NCBI GenBank assembly: GCA_047495785.1
Contig: JBLDXI010000055.1
Span: 1,178,001-1,242,000 of the forward strand
Direction of reading: 5' to 3'
DNA from: Lepidodermella squamata
Taxonomy: Eukaryota; Animalia; Gastrotricha
DNA length: 64,000 bases
The translations under genes were made by a program, and so were the position numbers. The notes under the pieces were generated by a model that saw nothing but the letters and a program-made list of their open reading frames with translations, was not told where the DNA came from and did not search any database. Shown here piece by piece: positions 38,445 to 49,500 of this stretch (positions are counted from its first letter, which is position 1; every line of letters begins with the position of its first letter).

Positions 38445-40115
38445 TCATATCGAAGCCGTGCCATTGCGCGCCATGCGAGAACGACGATCAGCCGCGTTTC
38501 GATACATATTTTGCGTCAGCCCCATAACAGCTATCAAAGAGCAAAAGCTTGTAGTAGCTAATAAAGCAAAGCTCCAAGTGAAGCATTTCAGGCCGGAGCA
38601 ATAAATCTCGCCAGGTTCCGTAATACCAGATTCGTAAATTGCACTGAAACTGAGGGAAAATGGAAAGCCTGTGATGAAAAAGGAAATGTAAATCAGGTGG
38701 AAGTGAAGCGTAATGTTTCACATACTTAAAGCGCCAGTGAGTATCATAGACCAGCCCCAGTTTGATCCCAAATATTTGCTTCCGAAGAGCTCGCCAATAA
38801 GAGCAGGTGTTTGACACCAAGTCGCTCCAAATGCAGCTCCAACACTGATGGTCGTCAGCAATAATACAACGAAGTTATCACCGTAAAATATCGATATGAA
38901 CAAAGTGATTGTTTGCATTGCATATGGCACTATGTAGACCACAGTCCTCGGCATTTTACCGCTCTCTGCAATCATGTCGGAAACTATTCCTGCAATGAAC
39001 TTGGTAACGGCTTGCAATGAGGTATTCAAAACAGTGAAAAGGAATGTGTACTCAGTCATATTGAACGATCGCAGGTAAGTCGTTATATTTGACTGAAAAG
39101 TTGTCTGCGTGCACCCACTTAATCCGAATTGAATCATTAAAAATATGAAGTTCCAACGCTTGATGACATGAGTGATTTTCATTTGCCGAAATGGGTATTC
39201 GCTAAATAAATTTGGCGGGTTCTCTTCAAAACTCCCATCAATTGCAGGTTGAGACCGCTCGATACTGCCCGATCGCCTGTTACGGCTACCCCCGGAATGT
39301 GATCGTTCATCATTTTCATACCTCAAGGCTAGCGAGTCATCTTCAAGCATCGGCGATGTTTCTGACGCATCGTCCCGAGACGGGCGAGAAACAGCGTTTT
39401 CCCAACTGAATACTCTGATTCGTCCATTCAGCCATATGCACATTAACGTTATGGCAGTGTATAATATAAACATCATGAAGAAAAATCCTGGCAAGTCCTG
39501 TTTACCCTCCTCGCCTTTGTTAGTGTAGCCATGAGTATAAGCTGAATTATATAGCACCGATAACAGCGTTGGTCCAACTGAGAGCGCAGCATCTAGTAAG
39601 CCGATAATTTTTCCGCGTTGATGAAATGGAAAATTGTCCACATTGGGCATAAGTGCAGCCATGTAAGTAAAAATGCATCCAAATCCAACAAAAAAGTAAG
39701 CGATGCAAACTACTGCAGGATTGGCTGCAAAAAAATACTTCCAAGTGCCAGTGCCCAGCCAGAGAAGCAAAAACGCGGCACCAGCAAGAACACCACCAAT
39801 GATAGCATCAGCTTGAGGACCCCAAGACTCGTAGAGCATGCCTGCTGGAAATGCAATCATGCTACCAATATTGCCAACAGTGTATACAAGATTAGACTGA
39901 GTTTCAGTTTGGTTTAAGATTGCTCGCATTGCATTTTGCCAAAACGAAAAATTTATGGTTGAGCCAGACGCTGCCATTCCGATGCAGCCGATAACCAAGG
40001 AGATCCACCGCAACGCATTTGGCCATCGTTTGCTAAATGCCGGAAGATCCGAAACCACGTAAAGCCACTTGGCTTTCGCACTGGAACAAGCAGATGTGGG
40101 AAATCGACAAAGCAT
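38445..40115 (-). CDS. Nodulin-like / MCH1-type major facilitator superfamily transporter; 2 exons
   Basis: About 12 hydrophobic helices; ASGS...FS, NFP..QRGKIIG, GIVSD, ELFGSKYLGSNWG and the family-typical C-terminal CSGLKCF in exon 2. Confidence 0.8.
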
Positions 40116-40389
40116 GCTGAAGCTTGATTTTCTATTCAAGCATAACCGATATCTTTGGAAAAATCATGTCCGAAATTCCTTGATTGGGTTAAATGCCTCC
40201 ACATTTACTATTTGTTCCTCAAATTGTAACAAAATGATAAGGAATAGAGTGATTATGAATATGTTCACAGTAAGATAAGAAAGACTTTCTTGCTGATAAT
40301 TGAAGAAAGGACACTAGACAATAGAAAACATGTCAAAGCCATCTGGTTCAATGGCTGACATAAGCCCCCAAAAAGACGCGTGAACACGG

Positions 40390-40397
40390 TGACGTCA
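40390..40397. promoter_or_regulatory. CRE palindrome TGACGTCA in the divergent MFS/ANT promoter
   Basis: Perfect CREB/ATF consensus between two head-to-head genes; function not shown. Confidence 0.35.
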
Positions 40398-40933
40398 TTT
40401 TAATATTTATTGGGAATCATTAGCTCTCTTTATTTTTGAATTTTTAACATTTTTTGGTATTTCAATGTGTCATGACCAGGAGTTTTTTTTACCTCACAAA
40501 AAACCGCGGACCGCAGATGGCGCCGACCCTTTTTGTTGCAAGCTCAGTTATCAGCCTACGCCTGATTACTTCCTTTCTTTCATTCCGTTATTTCATCGCA
40601 TTTTATCTACCAACAGATACTCCTTAGTGGCCGCGATTTTTACTTTCCTGGCGACTAACTGACACTTAATTATGAACTTGAGTATATAGTATATTGAAAG
40701 TTAGCTGACCAGCTGCTAACTTGCAGTTTAGAGTCGACCACGTGAACCTTTGAAGCATTGATTCTATAGTTTGTTTGTAACTCTACGGGAGTACCGGAAT
40801 CTACCATGTCGGCCTTCCTTGGCCTTTATGCACTCTGCTAATCACCAATCTTAGCTTACACAAATTTCGTTGCAACAAATCAATTCTTGCTTTGTTTCAT
40901 TTAGAAGCCAGTTGAGAGCTTACCGGTAAAGCC

Positions 40934-41866
40934 ATGGCCAAGGGTCAAAAAGATGTCAAGTCATTTCTCATTGACTTCATGATGGGTGGTGTATCCGCAG
41001 CAGTTGCGAAAACTGCTGCCGCTCCCATTGAGCGTGTCAAGCTGCTCATCCAAAATCAGGACGAAATGCTGAAAACTGGCCGTCTGGACAAGCCGTACAC
41101 AGGCATTGCCAATTGCTTTAGCCGTGTGATCAAGGAAGAAGGCGTTGGTCCGCTATGGCGCGGCAACATGGCCAACGTGATTCGTTATTTCCCGACCCAA
41201 GCTCTGAACTTCGCATTCAAGGATTACTTCAAAAAGATGTTTGGTTTCAACAAGGATAGAGATGGTTATGGCAAATGGTTTGTTGGTAACCTGGCTTCCG
41301 GTGGTGCTGCGGGTGCCGCGTCGCTGATTTTTGTCTACTCCCTTGACTACGCTCGAACGCGCTTAGCCAACGACAACAAAGCTGCCAAGAAGGGCGGCGA
41401 GCGTCAGTTTAACGGCTTGGTTGATGTCTACCGCAAGACCCTGGCTTCTGATGGCATTCAAGGTTTGTACCGCGGTTTCACCATCTCCTGCGTCGGCATC
41501 GTCGTCTACCGTGGTCTGTACTTCGGTATGTACGATTCTTTGAAGCCTGTTCTGCTCCAGGGTTCCCTTGGCGATAACTTCTTTGCCAGCTTTGGTTTGG
41601 GCTGGGGTGTCACCATTGGTGCCGGTCTGGCCTCTTATCCTATTGACACAATTCGACGTCGCATGATGATGACTTCCGGTGAAGCTGTAAAGTACAGGTC
41701 TTCTATGCATTGTGGTGTTGAAATCATGAAGAAGGAAGGTGTCAAGTCTCTGTTCAAGGGAGCCGGTGCCAACATTCTTCGTGCTATTGCTGGCGCTGGT
41801 GTCCTTGCTAGCTACGATCAATTGCAATTGATCTTCCTGGGCAAGAAGTACGGCGGTGGCGAATAA
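40934..41866 (+). CDS. Mitochondrial ADP/ATP carrier (plant/fungal-type AAC), intronless CDS
   Basis: Three mitochondrial-carrier repeats, [22 protein letters not shown] and the AAC signature RRRMMM. Confidence 0.97.
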   Translation: MAKGQKDVKSFLIDFMMGGVSAAVAKTAAAPIERVKLLIQNQDEMLKTGRLDKPYTGIANCFSRVIKEEGVGPLWRGNMANVIRYFPTQALNFAFKDYFKKMFGFNKDRDGYGKWFVGNLASGGAAGAASLIFVYSLDYARTRLANDNKAAKKGGERQFNGLVDVYRKTLASDGIQGLYRGFTISCVGIVVYRGLYFGMYDSLKPVLLQGSLGDNFFASFGLGWGVTIGAGLASYPIDTIRRRMMMTSGEAVKYRSSMHCGVEIMKKEGVKSLFKGAGANILRAIAGAGVLASYDQLQLIFLGKKYGGGE

Positions 41867-42496
41867 GACGCCAGAAAACGAGCAACCTGACGATAAACTT
41901 GTTGTCGTTTGATATAAAATAGCTTGACGTTCACTAGTTTTATCGAATCCTTAGTGTATTTATAATTTTCTCATTGTCATTGTGTCTGATCACATAAATG
42001 TCGGTGAATGCTCTGAGAACTTGCCCTGTGATGCCTCGCCGATGATTTACCCTAACCGCGTACGCTGGTAGATATTCATCAGTGCAGACCTTTGTAACTG
42101 ATATAGTTATATTTTTGGCTGCGAAGATGAAAATCTATGAGGGAACAAGTATCTTATGAATCGAATGAATTTTCTTTTCTGTTGTGCATCCCATGTCGCG
42201 TTTCTCCGTCATCTTGTGTTTACCTGAAAGCCATATCTTCAAAGCAAACCTCTGAGGACTGATTGTAGTCTCTGCTATGTAAGGTTGTTGATCAATGAAG
42301 CTGCCGCCGCAAGGCCCAGTCGAATCGCCTCGGAAATTAATTTAAATCAATATAATTTTAGCTTCAACTTGAGTTAATAAAATAGATTGAGTGAAAAGGT
42401 GATTTCTTTTGTATTTCCCATATATTTAAATAGGTCTCAATTTCATAATCATACATCGTTCATCCGGTGGCAACCGTATATCGCAGCGGAAAAAGA

Positions 42497-44512
42497 ATGG
42501 GCGGTGTGTTTCATTAATAATTCGACTCTAACAACTACATCACTTATTCTATTGATCAGATCTGAACGACTCGTTTTCAAACCCGCTAGCTCCACCGGGG
42601 CATATGTCAGCGCAAGAGGCCAAAAATAATTTGACCAATGAAGATTTTCGTAAATTAGTAATGACGGTCGGCAGGGATCCACGTGCTGCTAGCAGTGTCG
42701 TTGCGGCCGTAGCATCAAAAGAAAAGTAATGGCATTTCAGGCCTGTCTACCAATTCAGTTTTATTTCTTTATTTTTAAAGGCGGCCGGTTGTTGATGCTG
42801 AGAAAAAGAAAAAGAAAAAACAGTACGTGGTTGACCGTTATCGTTTTTTATGTTCTCTGCATTTTTTTTGCTTTTCAGGCAATATCTGAAGTTTAAGAAG
42901 GACAAGGAAGATCGTGAAAAGGAGCTTATCAGCAAATATCGCGATCGTGCCCGTGAGCGGCGTGACGGTGTAAACCAAGACTACGAAGACGATGTCAATC
43001 AGGATTACCTGCAAGCTACCGCGGACTACAAGGCCGTGGCCCCCGATGCTAAAAAGTAAATGCACTGTTTTATTGACCGTGTATGAAATTTGTGCGTTCT
43101 CTTAGACAGGAGGAGCTGAAAGAGCGACGGCGAAAGGCCATTGACGAGTCCAAGTACCTTGGTGGTGATATGCAGCATACTCACTTGGTCAAAGGTCTCG
43201 ATTTCGCCCTGCTGGACAAAGTGCGTCAGGAGATTACGGTGAAAAAACGCCAGGACGAAGCAGAGGCGGAGCAACTACGTCAGCAACAGTAATGAAAACG
43301 AGTTGTATCACGTAAACAATGCATTGACACGTATGAAATACAGGAAAAAACAAGATGAAGAAATTAACGCCATCAACAACGTGATCGCTCGAAATATCAT
43401 GCGTGTCGTTTTTGGCAGTGGCAATATCGCTGCTGAGCGGAAAGCCGCAATTCGCGAGCATTTCGCAAAGCAGCGGATGGCCTATGTTGTTGAGCTTGAC
43501 GAAGATCCTAATGCTGAAACTGACATTCCAACGACAATTATGCGCTCAGTTGCTGAAACTGGGTCATCGTCAACTTCGGCCGCGAACGGTGGGCCAACCT
43601 CTAGTGAGGCGGTAGTCGAAAAATTGACGGAAATTCTCGCGTATCTAAGATCGGGAAAAGGTCGTAAAGTTGTCCGCAAAGACAACCTTCCCACTTCTTC
43701 GTCGGCACAACCGCCGGCTGCTCAAAAAAGTGGCACGTCTGCGCCACCCACCAAACCGGCTGCTAAATTTGCGTCCGGCAACGCGGACAAGTTAGTAAAA
43801 TTGAACTGGGTTTTCTATAATTTTATTTGTGGGAACAAATTTCAGAATCTATGATGACGTTGGAGATTATGTTCCAACTACCACGAAGGCGTCATCTTCG
43901 AAGAAGGACGATTCCTCTAAGCGGCAGTATTTTAGCAAACCATCTGATTCGAAAGAAAAAGACGAGAAACAACCTCAGTCTATCAGTGAAATTATGAAGG
44001 GCTTCCAAACAGAAGCCGTTGCTTTTGACGCTGACGGTAATCCGGCTGAACCTCTAGCCGGGCAGAATATCGCAGCTGGTGCTCGGATTATGAAAAAACT
44101 TGAGCAAAAACTGACCGTCGACAGTTACGCCGAGTGTTATCCTGGTATGATGGAGTCAATGGACGCCCTTGCCGATTCCGACGAAGAAGCTGATTTGTCT
44201 AAAATGGACATGGGTACGAACAAGAAGGGTCCCTTGAATAGATGGGACTTTGAAACCGCTGAAGAGTTTGAAAAGTACAAATCAACTCAGGAAGCTATGC
44301 CCCGTGCCGCCTTCCAATATGGAGTAAAAACGAACGATGGTCGTAAAACTCGCCGGGAAGGCAAAAAAGAGGACAAAGGAGCTGTTGATCGCGAATGGAA
44401 GAAAATTCAGCAGATCTGGGAGCGCAAACGCGAAAGTACCGGTGGCGGGAAGAGCCGCGATGATGACGATGCTGGGGGCGATGATGATGGCGGAAAGCGT
44501 CCCAGGCATTGA
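42497..44512 (+). CDS. IK: Protein Red (IK), spliceosomal B-complex factor; 7 exons
   Basis: SFSNPLAP, LTNEDFRKL, KYRDRARERRDGVNQDY, ESKYLGGDMQHTHLVKGLDFALL, DSYAECYPG, RWDFETAEEF and AAFQYGVK..DGRKTRR. The first coding exon is only ATGGGCG. Confidence 0.95.
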
Positions 44513-44662
44513 ACGTTACCTTGCAACAGCTGAGCTGTTATGATAATTATTCGTGGTTTTTTTTACATTCTTCGATCCTATTAGTCATTGTGGTTTTTCT
44601 TGCATTAAAATGCTCGATTTTTCATTGCTATTCTGTTTTGCTAGTTTTTATTATAAAAAAAT

Positions 44663-46254
44663 ATGTCTGATAGCAGTGACAGCAGTAGTGAAAGTTCTTC
44701 CGCTGCCGAGGAAGAACAAGAACAAGAGCAAGTGCAAGAGCCGGGCGAAGAAGCTGCTGCCGAAGCTGAGGAGCCTGAAAGCGCCAGCGGTAAGTCTCAT
44801 CATTTTTGAATGAATGTAAATCAATTGTCTTATTATAGACTCTTCAGACGAAAGCGAAGCGCAATCAGAGCACGAAGAGACCAAAGCGTCGCCAGTTGCT
44901 GATGACGGAGACCAAAGTGATGACAGCGACGTTGTTGTTGGCCGCAAGAGCAAAAAGCGTGCTTCGGCTACAAGTAAGATTTTCAATGATTTCTTTGCCT
45001 TAATTATTGTGCCCCAAAATGTCACACTAAAGCTCTTCGACAACGTTTCTGTCGTAGGAATTTAGGGTATATGCCATAATTGATACTTTCGGTCATATTG
45101 AGGAAAAATTACAAAAAACAACAAAATACGGTTCAAAAGGCTGTAGATTTTTCCATACGATAATGACTTATTATTGTAACTAATATCGTATTTCTTTTGC
45201 AGTGGATGCTACTGACTTATTTGGTGACCTTAGCGACGAAGATGACAGTGGTAGCGATGCGAAGCAAAAAGAGGATGATGACGAAGACGGAGAAAGAGCC
45301 GGTGATGGAGATGAAGCTGAAGAAGGCGCTGAAGCTGAAGAAGGAGTAGAAGAGCAAGGCACCATTGAGCGCCTCATCCAAGTCGAAATGCCGTCCGTTC
45401 GATTCGACCTCGGCAAAGATCTCTATTACGTGAAACTGCCCAATTTTCTCAGCATCGACCCACGCCCATTTGACCCGGAAACCTACCAAGGCGAGGGTGG
45501 TGACGAAGAAATTCTCGACGAGGAAGGCCGAACTCGAGTGAAAATGAGTGTAGAAAATACCATTCGGTGGCAGTATGTTCGTGAAACAGGCGAGGACGGC
45601 ACCGAGCAACTACGGCGCCGCAGCAACGCACGTGTCGTCAAGTGGTCTGACGGTTCGATGTCTCTTCACCTAGGCGCCGAAATCTTCGACATCCACGTCC
45701 GCTCTGAACAACAAGACTACAATCATATGTATGTGAAACAGGGCAACGGTCTGGTCGGCCAGGCCGTTTTCCGGAAGCAACTCGTCTTCCGCCCTCATTC
45801 CACCGACTCGTTAACCCATCGTAAAATGACTCTTTCGATGGCAGATAAAACTTCGCGAGTTCAACAGGTCAAGGAGATGCCTCTCGGCCGCCTTAAAAAC
45901 CCTGAGATGAACAAGGACAAGTTGATTAAGCAGGAAGAGGATGCGCTGAAGGCGACGGTTCGCCGCGAAAGCCAACAGCGTCGCGTTCGAGACCGCTTTT
46001 CATCTCGCTTCCTCGAGCAAAATGATGACGACGAAGGCGCCATCAGTTTATCGTCGATCAAACGGCGAGTTCTTACAGGTGCCAATCCGCGTCGGTCTCG
46101 CGATGACGACTTCATTGATGACGACGACATGTCGAGTGACAGTGGCGCCGCGGGTCATAACGATGACGACGAGGAGGAAGAAGAGGAGATTGGCGGGGCC
46201 TCGTCTAAGGCTGACAAATCCAAGAAACGGCGGCTCATCGTCAACGACGACTAA
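44663..46254 (+). CDS. LEO1: PAF1 complex subunit Leo1; 3 exons
   Basis: Acidic N-terminus, DLFGDLSD, YVKLPNFLSIDPRPFDPETY, ENTIRW, SNARVVKWSDGSMSLHLG and FRPHSTDSLTHRKMTLSMAD. Confidence 0.96.
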
Positions 46255-46547
46255 TAACTCACTTTTTTGTTATCGATCGCATTCCAGTTTTTTCGTGTTC
46301 TTTTTTAATAAAACAACTGCTCATTGCTTTTTTGTTGTTGTGATTTTAACCGAGTTCATAAAAAATCGAACATTAGAAGAGCTCTATTTTATTTTACTCA
46401 ATTTTCAATCACAATACACTTTGTTCATTATACCAATGATCACGATGAAGCACCAAAAAATCATGCATAGCAAATGTTATTCGAAAACGACCGGAATAAA
46501 TCAAATAATTTATTTATAGTGGATTGATGAAGAAAAAAGCAGTTGGT

Positions 46548-49500
46548 TCACGAAATTAAAGCCAGTTTGACGTTTTTAATTGCAGCAGTTGCCAGGGCGG
46601 AAGGAATCGAATTTGAGTACAAAGAAAGGCCGTTTTTCGAAAGAACTGCGAGCAGCTGCGATTCGGGTTGGCTGTAACACCCCTTCACCAGCGACGCACT
46701 AGTGATCGGGCTGGGTTTTGCTTTCTGAGGCGTTTTACGCTTCGAAGCACTCGTTTGACTGACAAAAATAGCTTGTTCCGTCAGCGGGATATCTTCCAAC
46801 TTAACCTTGCGAACTAAACGCAAGTCCCACGCGCAATAAAACGAGAAAATTGCCGGGTCAGAGCTGAGAACCATCAGCGAATTGACTGAAGTTCCTTCGG
46901 GGCAGGCGGAAAATTCGATTGAGACAACATTTTTCGGAGCATTGGTTTGACCAACTAGAGCGCCATTGACAGTGAACATAGCTAGGTGTCCGCTTTCGTT
47001 TAGGACAGCGACATCCCCAAGCGTTTTGCTGATTGTCAAGTGCTTGATAGGTGACGTCACAACAGCATTGCTGACATTCAAATTGACTTGCCGAACGAAG
47101 CTGAATCAAAATTAATGATAAAAATAAAATTTCTACGGAAAGAATCATCTTACGAAAGAGAATTAAGGTCGAAAAACACACATCGGCCGTCAGCAGTGCC
47201 AGCCACGAACAATTTAAACTCGTCAGAAACGGCTAGAGAGACAACAGCGGAAGCTGTTTCGTGAGCACACAACACTTGAATTGGCGTTTTCCCAAGAATA
47301 GGCAGCTGAAAAAGCTCACTAGTAAACTTCTGAAATCTACGAAGTTATACGCAGCCTTACCCTATCCTCCGGCCGATCGCTGCTCGAGTCCAGCTCATCG
47401 ATTTCATAAGTGTAAGCCAAAATCAGTCCGACGGAAGTTCCGAAGAAGATGGTTTTCCGTAGCGAAGAGTGCGCAGGTCCACAAGTTAATTCGTGATGCG
47501 CGGTCGGATGGAAATTCCGCACGACAGCATCAGCCGTCGGGCTGTCGACCGCTGCTCCGCCAGTCGGCGCCGTCAAGCGTTTCGAAGATGATATAGAGAA
47601 ACCGCCAGTCAAACGATGAACAACGTCGACCACAAACCAATTTATGATGGGCCCACTTGCCGATGATTGACCACTTGCAGGCAGCAACAAGTTTGCTCGA
47701 CGCTTTTGTTTCAACTGAGCTGAGAAGATTGGCAGCAATGAACGACGGCTCTTGTTTGGTGCCACTAAAACAACGAGACTGGACGCATCGGCAAATTGAA
47801 TATCGACCACCGACTCAACAGACAGGTCAACCGGGAAATCTGACTGCCAAACGCACGCAAGCTATATTAAATAATTAAATTTAAAATAAATTGAGCCATC
47901 GAATCTCGATAATTCTACCTTTGGGTGGCTACCAGGGTAATTTCCGACGGAAATGCCGAGCAGTGAACTATCGTCGCCAAACATGTCACTTTTGCCCGGG
48001 GATGAAATGGATTCTTCAGCAGGTTGATTGACATTGTCGGCAGTTTTCGATTTCTTCAAGGTCGACTTGGCGCCTGTTGGGTGGGCAAACTCGAACAATT
48101 GCCGAGGGACTTGGCCATAAGTCCGAATTTGAGCCTGTCTTGCGTTGAAAAGAACCGGGTCGTTAAGCAGTGATTGAATGTCTACATTCATCGCTGTGGA
48201 AAAGTACGTCGAGGGGTGGAAGATGTTGCACGCGTCGGCAGCCCCCTTGCCGATTTGACGAAATCCGAAAATCAAATCAATCCATTTGTGGAGCATAGCC
48301 CGCACACAGACGGACTCCAAGGCTTGTCTGTGAACCAGGATAAACCGGCGCGGGCTGTTGCCGGCCCACGGCGGCAGTGAGACATCCCAAACTCGCGATC
48401 CCGATTGGCAAACTCCGAGGTTTAAACTGCAGAAATTCGTGAGAAATTCCGGCAAATAGAAGAACTCCGGCAGCAATTCTTTGATATCGGCGATCGACCA
48501 GGTGGCGGCGAAACTCGAGAACGTCCGGTCCGGAATGTCGAAATTACCGTCCTGGTATAGAAGACACGCTTGGGTGAAGGGCGGGATTCTGACAAGATAA
48601 TGCGCCGTTATTCCCGAGTTTGAATAAAGGCTAGGAAAATGATACGGCTGCGATCCTTCGGCAAGCAGCTGCGTGTATCGGAGCGTGACTTTTTGCTCGC
48701 CATCGGGTGCGTGCGGTTGCAGGGGGATTTGTTTACCCAAGTCGCGATAAGAAGAGGACGAAGACAGGTCAATTGTCTGCGAGTTGTAGTCAGACAATAC
48801 CCAAGGAAAAACAGGATATTGCATCAATTCATTAGGGCTGCGGCCGCCGGCTCGATTAAGCAGGATCAAATATTCAAAATTCGTCAGCTGGCCCTTCAGC
48901 CATTTCACCTGCAAGTCATTTGGCGAGGGAACTGCATTGCTCGTTCCGATTCGGCACTTCGCGATAAGAACGCTTCGAACCCGCTCGCAAATTTCATGCG
49001 CAAGTGACATCGGCATTGGTTTCGCAGAGGAATTAACTTGTCTACGTTGACCACCAGAATCGACGATTTCGACGCTTTCAGGATTGAATGCAAAGAAATA
49101 AGCCTTTCCAGAGGTCAGAAATACTTCCAATGCATTTTCTTTCAGCAAATAGCGACGTGGATAGACTGTCGTAACGCTTTGCAGCGGGAAAGAAATCAAA
49201 ACTGGAATTCCAGAATGAAGATCGAACAAAAACTGCCTGTAGATATCCTCGACAGTAGCTTGTTGAGACAAAAATAAGACCTGATCGTCGGTGACAAACA
49301 TTTCGCCGTCGACGAAAGCGCACGGCGTTACCAATGTGCATTGACACGACAAATCGATCCTGCTCGAACTTTCGCCATTCGGTTTTGTCGAAGAAATGAT
49401 GTGAATGATTGCCGAAACGAATCCGCTCATTGCAGAAGCGCGCTGTATACCGAAAGTTCGCACCAGATATGTCCAGTCGCGAATGATCTTTGGTGGGTTG

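Noticed and set aside
41363-41827. Long antisense ORFs over ANT (and likewise over LEO1, LYST, ValRS and MICAL)
   Set aside because: Shadow frames of codon-biased real genes with no independent motifs.
42028-42101. C/D snoRNA-like GTGATG...CTGA in the ANT 3' region
   Set aside because: Imperfect C box, no terminal stem, and only about 7 nt of rRNA complementarity that I can recognise.
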